A DNA stretch of 63,699 nucleotides, filler included, from Octopus bimaculoides (Eukaryota): assembly GCF_001194135.2 (NCBI RefSeq). It is 9 parts of 7 records of this genome, joined end to end, with 100 filler letters (N's around TTAATTAATTAA, not from the genome) between each part and the next. Parts side by side here need not be neighbours in the genome. Positions count along the whole stretch, not along the records: positions 1 to 16,622 come from NC_068983.1; 8 more parts are not named here. One strand, 5' to 3'. The position numbers were made by a program, and so were the translations under genes. The notes below the pieces were generated by a model that saw only the letters and a program-made list of their open reading frames with translations, did not search any database and was not told the DNA's origin. Below, in pieces: positions 1 to 13,481 of this stretch (position 1 is its first letter; every line of letters begins with the position of its first letter).

Positions 1-330
1 GGTAGGAGGGAGGGTGGGGGAGAGAGACAGGAGGAGGGGGTTAGATGAAGAGTGGAGGGGAGTTGAGCCCATGTGGCGCAAAGGAGCGAAGATAGAAGAT
101 TAATCCCTGTTCACGGCGCAAACGGGAGTCCGGATGGCCCCTGTGCATGGACAATCCAAACACAGACAGGTGTTGCCGCAAGGAGTGGCCGGCAGAACGG
201 AAGTGGCGTGACACCGGGGTGTCATTGCCGACGTTGATATCTCGGAGGTGTTCCGCGAATCGGTCGGCCAGGCGGCGCCCCGTTTGTCATATAGCGAAGT
301 TATGAGAGAAGACACAAAGAGTGTCAGGTA
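1..330. promoter_or_regulatory. GC/CpG-rich segment, candidate promoter or first exon
   Basis: Visibly GC- and CpG-rich against an AT-rich background. It has G-tracts at 1-60, an ETS-like ACGGAAGTG near 197-205, and ATGAGAGAAGACACAAAGAGTGTCAG (302-327) followed by a donor-like gtaatg. No downstream partner exon was found. Confidence 0.25.
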
Positions 331-2651
331 ATGCTAAGTGCTATGGTCAGACCGTGGTTAAACTCTTGGTTCGATAGTGATACGAGTGAGGAATCTAATG
401 TGGGTCTTGTATTAACATGCATATTTATATTAGAGAGAATGAGATAACAAAGCCAAGGCTGTGGGGAGTTTTCAGGACAGTCATAAGGAAATAGTCTTAC
501 ACCTGTTTTGGGGATAATATGGATATCCATTCATCAGAGATAATGTGAGAAGACTAAATTGAGGAAATATTTGAGTTCGAATTATTATGGAAAAGGAGGA
601 GATAGGAAATATAGAGGGAAATAAGAGAATGAAAGTAGAAATAAGATATCTAAAGATATTGTAGTTGCAGTTCCATTACTCGAGGAAAATGTTGTGTAGA
701 AGTAGTAAAAAAGTTTCCTGCGCATGCTATGTAAGTTCCAATAGCAGTTCATGTTTTGTCGTTTCAAAGTATGGAACCGTGGAATCTGTGTTGCTCGTTC
801 GAAAAGGTCTTTGTGGTGTGAATTCACACATATGCAATATATATGTAATAATTAAATTATATGCTACACACTTTATTGTGTTCTGTCATGCACGTGATCC
901 CCCGGTCCGTGGAAAAATTGTCTTACACGAAACCTGTCCAAAGGACCGCTATTTTAGAGAATAGGAAACTATATCACCGATTTAACTCGTTAGAAGATTA
1001 TTTCAACATGGAATGTAAAACATGATCGTAACAAAAAAAAACAATAATTCAGTAATGGAACAAAATTTAAAGCTTTTGTGTTGATCGATAAAATTTAAAG
1101 TTGCTAAAAAGTAATTACTTTTTAAGACTACTTAAAAGTTATTACTCTTAAAAAACAACACAAGATCAAAAATTTCGATTCAGTTGACTTTAGTTCGTGA
1201 GTAACATTTTCTTTATTGACCTCCAAAAGATAGAAGCTTGATTGAGATGACAGTCTAACACAGAGCATTGATGAACAAAACTAAATATTGTAAGGCATTA
1301 ACATTACTTTTACTTCATGTCTCTCACTCTTTTCATTTTCGTCTTCTGGTTAATGATATATGAATATGATATATATCGACTTGTTTCGTTTCTGTTCTAA
1401 ACCATTTTATTTTTGTCTTTTTTATAGAAAAATATGACTGATTGACTCATCCCGATTATATTGTTTTCTGTTATTCATTTAATTGGTCAAGCGTGGAATG
1501 TAAAATTGTCTCAGCAAGATTTAAACCCATCATAAAGCTGGCTAAAGTTAAACATTATAAGAAAGTCACTTCAGCTCTCTACAGTTGATAAAATTCTGGC
1601 AAATTTAATAACCAGCTCCAGATTTAGAGGTTATGCCTTCATATAACTTATATCTATGAAACTGGGGATGGGGGTAGATAGAAATGTATGTATATTCAAG
1701 TCGACAACCTATTTTTGTCGAGCGACGTAAAATCGAAATCGAGTGTTTTATTGCATTTCCAAACTATTTCATTCATGCGCACGTGATAGACAAATGAAAT
1801 AAAATCGCAACTACAAAGAGAGTAGATTTACTTCCTATGACCTAAAGACAACTTGCTGACTGACTTGAATATCCCTTACCTTATTAACAGAAAGTCGATT
1901 AATATTATTCGGAAGAGGCTAATACTAAACAGTTGACTTGCTCCATCTTGAAGGTTAAGTGATGCAAAGAAAGCTACGAGGCAACAACGGTTGAATGTTT
2001 CAGCATGAAATTGTCTTCGTATTATGCGTAGTTTCAAGATTCACAACAAAAAGACATATTTTCTCCAAAAATAATATTCAATTCATAGTTTTTATCAACA
2101 AGTATATCAACTTGACACATGATACTTACTGGCAATACACTTGCCTGTAAATAGATATTATTTTGCCGTGTAATTTGACTGTAATTACGAGTCGTTGATT
2201 TTTTAGATTCAATTTCAAAATACTTCCTTATATGTGCGTAGCTTGGTGAATTTCGAGTTCCACTAGACTTTCTTGACATCTCTACAAAACATTGAAACAG
2301 TCAGCAATGATACTAAATCAGGTTTACAAGACATACCATACTCTGTATCTTAAACTAGCAATATGGCAGTAAAGTACCTGTCTATTACTAGAATATTTAA
2401 ACTACTAAAACATCAAAAGGAAGATCAACTCGCATTAAACTACCAAAACATCAAAAGGAAGATCAACTCGCATTTGCTTGATCGTGATCAGCACAAGTAA
2501 CGTTGGAGAGTAAGAAAATGTTTGTTGTTGTGGTTGTTGTTGTTGTTGTTGTTGTTGTTGCTGCTGCTGCTACTTCTGCTGCTAAATAACGAGCTAAGTA
2601 AAATAACTACAAGGTTCCAGCGAACCCGAGTCACCAATACTAATGGAAAGC

Positions 2652-2855
2652 AATGAGCTGGCAGAATCGTTAGCATGCCGGACAAAATGCTTAACAGCAT
2701 TTCGTCTGTCTTTACGTTATGAGTTTAAATTCAGCCGAAGTTGACTGTGCCTTTCGACGTTAATAAAATAAGTACTAGTTTATCACTAGGGTAGATGAAA
2801 TCTACTTATCCCTTCCCCTGAAATTGCTGGCCTTGTACCAAAATTTGAAACAAAT
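2652..2855 (+). mobile_element. tRNA-derived SINE, family A (GGCGAGCTGGCAGAA head, GTCGACTTTGCCTTTC body)
   Basis: Matches the many other copies in this window: gagctggcagaatcgttagcatgccgg...aaattcagccgaagttgactgtgcctttc...aagtactagtt. Confidence 0.8.
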
Positions 2856-2904
2856 ATTTATACTATGAGAGGTGATAAGTTCGTTGGAAAATTACTTATA
2901 TATA

Positions 2905-3813
2905 CAGGGGTTGGACAAAATAATGGAAACACATAGTATCATAACATAGTAATTTTGAAATATCTATAAAACCGTCAAACGCTTGTTTATTTTCCTGTTT
3001 TCTTTTTATTTATTATTAGTGTTGCTTAATATGTTTTGCTAAAATTGCTGTTTCTTTTCAGATATCATCAGAAAAAGGTAATTAAAATTCATTAAATTGA
3101 CAGATCTATCGGACTTTCAAAGAGGTCAAATTGTTGGTGTTCGTATAGCAGGCGCTAGCGTAACGAAAACAGCCGAGATGTTTGGTGTATCAAGAAGTAC
3201 TGTTTCGAAAGTAATGACAGCCTTTGAGAAAGAAGGAAAAACCTCCTCGTCAAAACAAAACCCAGGAAGAAAACCATACTTTGAGACAGAGACCGTCGGA
3301 CTCTTACGCGAATTTTTCAGGATGATAATGCACCAATTCACACAGCTAAAGTTGTTACTGAATGGCACGAAGAACATTCTAGNNNNNNNNNNNNNNNNNN
3401 NNNNNNNNNNNNNNNNNNNNNNNNNNNNNNNNNNNNNNNNNNNNNNNNNNNNNNNNNNNNNNNNNNNNNNNNNNNNNNNNNNNNNNNNNNNNNNNNNNNN
3501 NNNNNNNNNNNNNNNNAAGTTGAACATCTTATCTGGCCACCACAGTCCCCATATCTCAATAGTATTGAACATTTATGGTGCATTTTAGAGAAACAAGTAA
3601 GGAGTCGATATCCTCCCACATCATCACTACAAGAACTGGAGACTGTTTTAGCTGAAGAATGGACAAAAATTCCTTTGGAAGCAATTCAAACTTTGTACGA
3701 GTCCATACCTCATAGAATTCAAGCTGTAATTACTGCCAAAGGCGATCTTACCTCATATTAAAATAAATTTGTTTGAAATTTTAAGGTGTTTCCATTATTT
3801 TGTCCAACCCCTG
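2905..3813 (+). mobile_element. Tc1 (DD34E-type) DNA transposon, internally deleted, with a sequence gap
   Basis: Perfect 28-bp TIRs CAGGGGTTGGACAAAATAATGGAAACAC (2905-2932 and 3786-3813), flanked by TA. N-terminal HTH fragment TDLSDFQRGQIVGVRIAGASVTKTAEMFGVSRSTVSKV (3097 onward). C-terminal fragment WPPQSPYLNSIEHLW...IPHRIQAVITAKGDLTSY* ends at 3761. Confidence 0.95.
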
Positions 3814-5593
3814 TATATATATGATATATAAAGTCATGAGTGCCGCGAACAACATGAAGTATTAGATAACATCGTCAGCGTTTATTGAGAAAGCAACTAC
3901 AATTTAATATCTCAGGAGCAAAATAGTAAACACTTTAATAATAAAATGCTGCCTTAATGTGATAAAGCATTAATTAAATGAAATAAGCAAGGATGCCGAA
4001 TGAGAAATAGCACAAGCATAAGCTTATTATTTAAAATTAAATAGCAATGGCAGAAAACATGTATATTTTAGACTCAAAACATTACAAATTTCTTGGAGTT
4101 TCTTGAAGTTTTTTTTTTTTTTAATAACTAGTTTCAAACAAGAAATAGATATATAAACAAATGATAGCCATAGAAAGTGAGTGTAGTGGAAATTAATTGC
4201 GTTACAAAGACATCGACATTAATGTTGCTGTTACTGACAAAAGTAAAACTTCCGAAATCTTTCTTCGTTTTCAAAACACCGTCGAGATTTGGCTGTGAGC
4301 TATTGCACGGAACAACATCGAGAATTTATAGCTATCTGCCTATTCATCCAACTAGAAACATAGCTAATCAGTTCGTCACATATGCAGATAATTCAAATTC
4401 TTTGAAATAAGTGTGAAATACTGAATTTATGACAGAAAGAATATATGATTTTTTAACAGCTTGGCTTTTTGTAGTCATTAATGTTATAAGTGAAACAATG
4501 CTAACTGGAAATCGAAACTGGCTTGCAAACCTGGCTCCTCAGAAACTTAGGACAACACTACAGTGTCTGCCAATAAAAAAAACATACACACATGAAGTGA
4601 AAGCTTCCGCAGAAATGGTGATGTCAACAGGTTCAGCAGTAGAATGAAAATCGAAGGAAGGAGTTGAAGAATAATCTAGGCAGCCTCTGAGTGTGGTATA
4701 TAATCACTTTGACAAAGCATGCTGAACTGCAGCTTATAAAAAACTGCATTAATCAAGTGCTTAAATAAGACGAGAGCATCATCTTGGAGATGTCTCATAT
4801 GACTCCAAAACTCCAAAATGGATCTCTCTTTGCAAATACCTCAAAAAGAAACACTGCGAATATCAGCAAAAAGTTATATACATGTAAGTTTTCCGTGGAC
4901 CTGAGAGCGATGCAAACATCGATTCGAGATCATTATATGATGTGACATTTTGAAGTTTTCTTCTATAAGCCATATTAATCTAAAGACACATTCTCAGAAA
5001 GCTCCAAACATTCACGAAAAGGTGCCTCAGAAACAACTTTAACATAAGATATCCAGAAACGTTGAACAACAAAGACATCTGGATCAAAAACAAGCGAAAA
5101 CCCATCGACCAACATAGAGCGAGACTTATGTATGTAGAGATGGGTGAACTTTATGTTAACAAGACCAGAGAGATTTTTGACAAGGCAAACTTTGGATTGG
5201 AACTCAAGAGGCAAAAGGAAGGTAAAGCGCTCGAGAATAATCTGGCGGAGAACGATAGAACTGAAGATAACAGGAGTGACATAAGTCAACTGGAAAGGAA
5301 AACAAAGGACAGCGCATTGGAAAAATGCTGAGAAGAGATTATATGTTCCACCAGGAATCCGAATAGTTCATGATGGTGTTAATAAATATACACTATACAA
5401 GGGAAGAACTGTCTGAAATAAATGTAAACTAGAAATATTGGTGGAACATTTCCATCAAAGTTTCCTCAAATTATATACACAATAGGCCTGGCAGAAAATA
5501 TATCTACTATTGAGCATTCATTAAAAACCAGTGGGAAAGAGAACAGTTATGGTCCAATGCTTTCAACCAACATTTAAAAAAACCATATTCTCT

Positions 5594-5752
5594 TTTACTC
5601 TTTTACTTGTTTCAGTCATTTGACTGCGGCCATGCTGGAGTACCGCCTTTAGTCGAGCAAATCAACCCCAGGACTTATTCTTTGGAAGCCTAGTACTTAT
5701 TCTATCGGTCTCTTTTGCCGAACCGCTAAGTTACGGGGACGTAAACACACCA
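5594..5752. mobile_element. SINE family B (tactcttttacttgtttcagtcatttgactgcggccatgctgg...)
   Basis: Near-identical copies at 53675-53880 and 58487-58700, and an inverted copy at 37700-37860. Confidence 0.8.
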
Positions 5753-6361
5753 ATTCAGAATATTGAGTTAAAGGCTACATTTGGGTGCCACTGCATCTAG
5801 TACCCATTTCCTTTTCGACTTCAAAGCTCATGAGAAGGGCAAAATATATTCTTTCTCATTTTCTCTCATAATCATGTAGCAGGAAGCGAGTTCTCGATCA
5901 ATTGAATCTGCAGTTCTTCTCGGCAAGATGCAATTAAAGCAATCTCTCTCTCTGTCTCATTCACTCATTTTCTTTGCCTAGAACAAACCCAGAATGAAAT
6001 CGTCTGTTGTCTCTTCTCACTTAAGATAATCTTGTCACGTTTCTGTCGAAGAAGACATGGATTCCGCCGGGTTACAAAGCACGTTATGTTGATTTTCTCC
6101 TTTTACCTCAACCACATATTCCGTTCACTCAAGACATAGACCAAAAAATAGTTATTTCAAGAACATTTGCATAACACTACTTCTACAACACGTTTAGTCT
6201 AACCTTACTTTTATAGGTGTTGTAATCGAAAGTTGTTTCTTTCAAAATCTGTACTGTTACAGGCTTTAAGGAAGTAAACGCGTACTATATTGAATTATTG
6301 GGCTACTTATGCCATTAAGAGTTTATTCTTCTGGTAAGACGTTGAAAATAAAAGAGAAGTA

Positions 6362-6519
6362 CTGTTCTATATTCTAGAGATGAGGAATTCTGTACATTAT
6401 TTACATTGGGTGGATATATGTCCTCATCTTATTTGTCCTCATCTTGGAGAGTAAATCAGCCGAAATGTTATGTCACAACAAACAAGATGAGGACACATAT
6501 CCGTCCAATGTAAATAATC
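6362..6519. mobile_element. Truncated fold-back insertion of the hammerhead-bearing element (family E)
   Basis: The left arm is the reverse complement of the element 3' end. The right arm carries the 3' half of the hammerhead region (cagccgaaatgttatgtcacaacaaacaagatgagg). TSD is taaaagagaagta (6349-6361) and taaaagagaggta (6520-6532). Confidence 0.75.
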
Positions 6520-8272
6520 TAAAAGAGAGGTATTAGATATAATTTATCGTTGCTATCTCCTGCCTTCATATTTTCAACAAGTGTTGAATATATGGATGCG
6601 AGGACGTAAGTGTTCAAATAATACATTTACTTGTATCTAAATCTTCATATTAAAGAATGAGTGATTAAAAGTTCTTGTAAAAGAAATGCAATTATAACAC
6701 TCATATAACCACCGTATTTGAAACAACAGTATAGATCTGATTACACTTTTTGATGTACAAACAGTTTGTAGCTTGGGTTATGACAAAGACATGGTGTCAC
6801 TCTCTATACATAATTTTTTGCTACGTTATTACAAGGTTTCATGCAATGCAGACAGAGTCAATCTTATATGAACATTGCGTTTTGAGGTGCCGGACTTCTT
6901 CAACAGATAAATGATAATTGAGCGGATTTTTCACATTGCTGCGTTGATTCTTCATCCATCTTCGGGATGGGTATATAGTTGTGGAAACAGCCATTAGGAG
7001 AAACGCGCTGGTTTGAGTATGAAGCTGTAAAAACAGGTATGAAAGACAAAATTCGGCCGAGATCGATTCGACGACATTCGAATTCTCCCTGCTTTTACTC
7101 GCTAAAATCCTTTGTATTTAAGACCTTCGTTGAAGGAAAATTCTAGAACTTAACACGAAGACAAAAATTTTAATTGGCTGAAATGGGGTCTGCATGCATG
7201 ATAAACTCGCGATTTACATGTGATCGGAAATGGAGTTAAAACATCTGCCAAAAGTTCATGAACTTACATGAACTTATGTCAAAAAAATTAATTCAGAAAA
7301 CTAAAAATCTAGCAAGGCAGTATACAGAAACTATTTATAGTGTTAGAAGTGCTGTAGAATGAGCAAATCAGTTTCGATTTGCAGTTAGACACAATACCTT
7401 CTTCAGACTAACTTACCTCACTTCTACAAACTCACTAAAAATATCAAATTTTGCATATCTTAAATATTAAATTTTTTTTTGCCTCATTCCTAAAATAATC
7501 GGTGGCAGTTTCTATGAGGAATAATATGGGAGAGGAGTCGTAGAACTGCAGGTAAGATTTTCTTCTTTGAGAATGATAACAGGAGAATGATACCAGATAG
7601 AAATGTTCATTACAGAATGTTCTTGCAAGGAATAAAAAAGAAACATCAGTGAGTGTTTCAGTTAAAATATTCGTCCTTGGAATCATTTTTATTCTGATTA
7701 AGTTGTCCAACGTGATATTTTTCACGCGCAATCATTTTGATCACCTTATACATATTTATATACAGCAAAATTAACTGGATTGAATTCATTAATGACAGAC
7801 AGACAGATGAAATTACGAGGTGTAGCAGCCTACACGTTTGTGCGCGTACATTGTAATGTAGTAAATCGTCGTACTTCGCTAACATTTCAAGGTTCAAACG
7901 GTAAATTAATTCAGGTCTTGTGATTATATCAGTATTTAATATTGACTGTTTATAGTGTTTCTCTTTCTAAGAATTCAGGCTTTCCACCCGGCACCGCGCA
8001 TTATTAACCAGGCTATTATTGTAGTTATAATTTCATCCCCAAACCTAGTTTCTATCAACACCATAACCATTATCTACATACTCATCGGATCGCCCGACCA
8101 CTTGCCTAATCGGGACTACGACGCCTTCTATCTCCTGGACCTTATAGTACGTCAAGACAGCAAAGTGGTTGGAACGCCGCTAGTTTTTCGCTGGGTAAGC
8201 CGGGCAACAAATGTGTTTCATTTTTAACCCATCCGAGATAATTAAGCAGATGATGGAAACCATCTTCTAAGG

Positions 8273-9063
8273 CAGTGGTTCTTAACCATTTTAGTTGCCT
8301 TAACCCCTGAGACTCTCCAGAGTATTACCGTGACACCTATAATAAATTTTGTAATGGTGAATTTTGCGCAAAGGTAAGATAAAACAAAACTCTATGAAGA
8401 TCCTAATTCATTGAAAATATTACAAATAAATGACCTTGAAAATGCTAAAAAATGCATGGAGGTACTGAACATCATACAAAACCTATATATTCACTCAGTG
8501 AGAGGATTGATATTGTTTTGTAGTCAAAAATACATCAAAGCATGCCTTCGTTTTCAGTGCCATCATTGCTGAGAATGCAGCCTCGCAGCTATAGGTAGAG
8601 GGGGTGGCTGACTCAGCATGGTCGTGCACGCATTGAAAGAAAAGGAAAGTCGTCTTTCAGTTTCGCCCAAAATGTCGGAAACCCTTGTTCAGAAAAATCG
8701 ACCTTCAACTGAGTATCTTCACGCATTTGAAGCAATTCTACCTTCGCAGCAATATCAGTATCACTGATGGCACTGTCCTTCACTGAAAAAGGTCTGCAGA
8801 TCCACGCATCAGTACAGCGGTCATCTAATCCTAGGAAGTTAGCGTCATTGCCAGAAGACGAGCTGAGATCTCTTCACGGAAACTGCATTCAGCTTCTGGC
8901 ATAGAATCCAAGATAGTTGTCGTCTGAGGGAACGCTGCAACGCAATACCTCAAATACATGAAATAAATTACTTTCTGCCAAGCCCTCCGTGACTCCCTCC
9001 CTCCGAGAAACCTCAAATGGCCTTCTAACCCCACAAGGGTCATGACGCCCAGGTTAAGAACTG
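8273..9063 (-). mobile_element. hAT (Buster/Charlie-like) non-autonomous element with transposase C-terminal remnant
   Basis: 5' TIR CAGTGGTTCTTAACC and 3' TIR GGTTAAGAACTG (3-nt deletion). Perfect 8-bp TSD ttctaagg (8265-8272, 9064-9071) with central TA. Minus-strand remnants AWICRPFSV...ELLQMREDTQLKVDF...FWAKLKDDFPFLS and PSTYSCEAAFSAMMALKTK resemble the hAT dimerization domain. Confidence 0.9.
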
Positions 9064-9999
9064 TTCTAAGGTATGTCTATTCAAATCTCCCACATAAACA
9101 AAGTTCATCATCTCAGCAGTACAAGCTAATAACGATACCTACAACGCCTGATGAGTAGAAAATCCACCTCTACCAATTAAGTGTATTTTATCCACAACTG
9201 CAACTCATTCAAGACTACCAAAAGCCGTCTTCGTGCATTGCACAGCATGCAAAACTTCCCCACCTCTCAAATTGCAGCTGATTTTTCTGGTCTCTTGTCA
9301 ACAACCAACTTAACGGGATACATCTATCCACTATTCCTAATGAGAAAGCATCCGCGTTTTCTACTAATTTGCAACTAACTAGACATTGTACACACGCAGC
9401 AAAAAAGTTTATTTACATTAAAACTTTTCATAATTATGAGTAGTACCCACTACGAACAGCGAGTGAAAACTAAGGCAAAATGTAAGACTTATTTTGAAAT
9501 GAGTTTTGCCAAATGAACTTGTGGTGGCAGCTTGGGAACAACACAGCGTTTGTTCTGACTTAGTGCTCAATGTCGTTGTCTCCTCTGTTTATAAGACCGC
9601 AGTGCGCGTTGCACACTGGATACATGTGAGAATTCTTTAGCAATCCACGGCGGACACGCAAGCAATACAAGTCGCTTAATCTGACAAAGATCGAGCCAGT
9701 GTATTAATTCTATGCCTTCCATTGAGTGTAATCAATGAAAGATAATTATCTGATTTGTAAGTACTTCGTTAAGATTCACAATAAAACGAGGAGCAGTAGC
9801 ACATCCACGAGACATACTTAAGTTAAAATGAAATTGAAAATAAAACAACTAATTTTACGAATGTAAAATAGGAAATTACCCACTTTCTGCCACTTCAAAC
9901 CATCGAAAACCAACGGATCTGACGTCTCCTCCAGTACTCTCACTGTGTGCAAGAGCTAGCCTATATATTCACCAAACTTTTCAAGGTTTCAGTCTCATG

Positions 10000-10600
10000 G
10001 ATTTATGCTAAACTTTGAAACCTGCTATAATGTGTCCTGTCACCAAGATCAAATCCTCTTCTTTCACAACTTTTAACCCATCGATCTCACTTTTATTATC
10101 TCAAAGGTAATTTAAAACAATTGCAAAAAACTAATGTTCTCCAGCATCATGAGCTCCTTTTCCTCCTCAACAACCATCGAATGTTTCCATTGGGCCAGCT
10201 CTCCGGGTTGTGCTGTGTCACTGTCACTCCATTCCCCCACCACCCCCGTGGTCTCTCGACCATAAGAAACTTTGTGAAAATAATGTCATTACTCTTAACA
10301 TTAGCAAACAGTTGGACTGCGTCTGGCACGAAAACCTCTTGAACTATCCTGCTAAGAGTTCTTTCGTCTTTTGGATCAAAGCTTTCCTGCTAGATCACAT
10401 CAGCACAGCATGCGAAAGTAGGATTCATTCCTAGCCAAATCCCAAGTCTGGTGTACCCCAGGGCTCACAGAGATGAGGTGTGTCGCTCACACTCGTCATT
10501 AACATTAACAATTCAGCTTACAGTCATCTAATAACACTCACTCTAATGCAGATTATACATTTCCATAGATGTGTCATCCGTACACAACCTAAACGTCGCA
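10000..10600 (+). mobile_element. Decayed CR1/L2-like LINE reverse transcriptase fragment
   Basis: Decayed RT motifs in order: LNISKQLDCVWHENLL (consensus DISKAFDRVWH), FWIKAFLLD, KSGVPQGS (10444-10467), and NADYT (YADDT). Many frameshifts. Confidence 0.8.
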
Positions 10601-12540
10601 TGAGAAACCTGCACAAACTGACTCTAGAGCCACTACTGTAGAAGCTGGAAGTTTTGAGTGAAAACCCGTAGCAACTAGGAGGAAGACCCGTATTTGCATA
10701 CGCGAACGTCATCGTAATAGTGCTAGACACCAGACACATTGAGGTGATCGGCACTATTCTCAGTTACTTCTAATCAGTGACAAGAGCGAAAATTAACCAG
10801 TTGTTGGGTCTGTAGCTAGGCACCTGCAGAGGTCCATATCATCCAACAGCGTCTTAAGGCGCTGGACGGACGGAGCTGTTCCTCTGATAGAGCTGCAGTC
10901 CTGGATCAAGGGTAGGCCGAAGCAAGGTGCATTGTGCTTTGAGTGCCATCAGGCGCTCACAGCCCTTAGCTAGTCGGAAAAGCGAAGGGTGGATCTTCCG
11001 CCATGATGTTGTATACAGGATTAGTGGTAGGTAAGAGTGAGATGCCCTCGGAGAAAAAGCGTCGATGAAAGTCAACTAACAGGTCTTTTCCTGAGAATTT
11101 TCCGGCTGGAACCCATGGATAATTTCCAGAAATCCCTCACCCAGCAGTGTTACCGAGAGGCATCGCAGGTCTGGGATAAACTTTGCAAATATGGTAGTGT
11201 CGTCAACTGTGCACTGAGGGGATGAAACCATCATGCACACGCCAGTACAGTGGTCGAGCATTACTGACTTGTAGATTATGTCAAACAGCTGTCATCACGT
11301 GTAAGATGGATCTAGCTATTGACCGAATCCATCGTAAAGATAGGTACACCACCCTCCTTTGGTTGGGAAGGACAGGCAGTTTTCTTCTGTTTAGTGGCTG
11401 TGATGAATGAGGCTGAAAAGACTGAAGATAGAGCTTCCCTTTTCAATTAAGCCCGCATCGATTTTTTCAGGTTCCACTTTGAAAGTGAACGTTGAGAGAG
11501 AGGTGTTGCCCTTAAATTTGTTGAAAGGTGGGTGAATGTTGCGAGAATAATCCAAATGAGTGGATCTTACTTTAAACGTGTGCCTGTAGGTCGAGATGTA
11601 TGACGAAAAGAGGGACACTTGCCAGGGTACTCCTGGTAAGTTCAGTTAGGATGTATGAGGTTCCTTGGATACTTCAGATTGTCTCCCACCTACCCATTGG
11701 GGAAATTGTTATAATTTTCTTAACTGTTGCTACTTTTATTGTTTTCACATATTTATGTAAATTGCCACTGCTCTTTGTCTTTATATTTCCTGAATGTTTT
11801 TTGAAGCCCTTGTAGCCAATAACTTTTTTTTTTTCTATTCAACCAGCATTAGCTCTGCCTTTCATTTCATTAGTGTTGATAAAATAAATGCATTCTTAAC
11901 TGGCACAAAGTCAAATTTGTACTGAAGAAGGTATATGTCAATCGAATCCAACTCCCATCAGTACATACCTAGTATTTTATTGGTACTAGAATGAGAAAAG
12001 ATAAATCCAGCCCTAACGGGATTGCAAGACAGACTAGAGAAAACTTAGTCTCATCATTGTACTGTTTATACTTTGTCACAAACATCTACCATGAAATAAT
12101 GAATGTAAAAATATTTTTTAATACCTAACCTACTTCATTAGATTGTTAATAAAATTACCTCAAAAGATTGAGGTAACAAATCAGTAACAATAATGATAGT
12201 GATAGATTTTTTTTTTATCCTTTATTGATTTCCACTAAATACAGAATAAGAACCCGTAATTAAATCAGTAATTAAATCAATAATATAATCAGAAGGCACA
12301 AAACTATAAGCCAACATGTGATCAAGGAATTTCTGATTTGATTCCACTTTGAATTTTCAAAACAAGTGTATTCTTAAAATAAAATTCTTTTATTGTATTA
12401 ATATTCAATGTTTCAAGAAATCCTGTCATTAAAATATTCAAGTATATCTTTTTCTTTCTATAACACATTAACCTATGACTGCCCTTGGTTCTATAGTTTT
12501 GGTTCTATAATTATTGAAAAAAAATAACAGTAGGAAAACA

Positions 12541-12899
12541 TTTTTTCTACTCTAGGCACAAGGCCTGAAATTTTGGGGGAGGGGGGGGCAGTCGATTAGA
12601 TCAACCCCAGTATGCAACTGGTACTTAATTTATCAACCCCGAAAGGATGAAAGGCAAAGTCGACCTTGGCGGAATTTGAACTCAGAATATAAAGACAGAC
12701 AAAATACCGCTAAGCATTCTTCCCGGCATGCTAATGTTTCTTATTTCTTTATTGCCCACAAGGGGCTAAACATAGAGGGGTCAAACAAGGACAGACAGAG
12801 GGATTAAGTCGATTACATCAACCCCAGTGCGTAACTAGTACTTAATTTATCGACCCCGAAAGGATGAAAGGCAAAGTCAACCTCGGCGTAACCGCCTTA
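12541..12899 (-). mobile_element. Two tandem family A SINE copies
   Basis: Two repeats of accccagt..aactggtacttaatttatcgaccccgaaaggatgaaaggcaaagtcgacc, with different 3' tails. The second runs into a gap. Confidence 0.85.
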
Positions 12900-13359
12900 N
12901 NNNNNNNNNNNNNNNNNNNNNNNNNNNNNNNNNNNNNNNNNNNNNNNNNNNNNNNNNNNNNNNNNNNNNNNNNNNNNNNNNNNNNNNNNNNNNNNNNNNN
13001 NNNNNNNNNNNNNNNNNNNNNNNNNNNNNNNNNNNNNNNNNNNNNNNNNNNNNNNNNNNNNNNNNNNNNNNNNNNNNNNNNNNNNNNNNNNNNNNNNNNN
13101 NNNNNNNNNNNNNNNNNNNNNNNNNNNNNNNNNNNNNNNNNNNNNNNNNNNNNNNNNNNNNNNNNNNNNNNNNNNNNCAACCAACAAAACTGAGAAGGCA
13201 AAACCAAAAGGGACAGTAATGTATTTTAGTCTAATATATAGCCTTAGCACTTTCCCAACACCCCACTAATATAGTGAATACAAATTTGCAAAAATTGTAC
13301 CAAAGTTTTCAATATATATATACATGAATATTTTGTTGACAGAATTTCTAAGATATGGC

Positions 13360-13440
13360 ACAATACTGGTTACAAGATCAGATCAGTTTCTTCCTCAAAT
13401 GAAGGATTTCAAAAACATAATCGTCATAGAAGCATATTAC
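13360..13440 (-). promoter_or_regulatory. SECIS element (form 2) in the thioredoxin reductase 3' UTR
   Basis: mRNA sense reads AUGAC GAUUAUGUUUUU GAAA UCCUUC AUUU GAGGA AGAAACUGAUC UGAU. This gives a UGAC/UGAU non-canonical quartet (AUGA at 13427-13424), a helix II of about 11 bp, an apical AAA and a mini-stem. Helix I is aauau/guauu. It lies about 167 nt downstream of the in-frame UGA. Confidence 0.9.
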
Positions 13441-13481
13441 AAATGCACATAACCAATTTAGCACCACACTGTTTTTGTCAA

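Noticed and set aside
5062-5331. Lys/Glu-rich 89-aa ORF
   Set aside because: No motif or splice context. Possibly decayed transposon sequence, but unassignable.
9140-9190. CTGATGAG motif suggesting a hammerhead
   Set aside because: No downstream GAAA core or stem I partner.
10800-11620. GC-richer stretch with several 60-75 aa ORFs
   Set aside because: All frames are interrupted and no motif was recognised. Probably decayed transposon sequence, not called.
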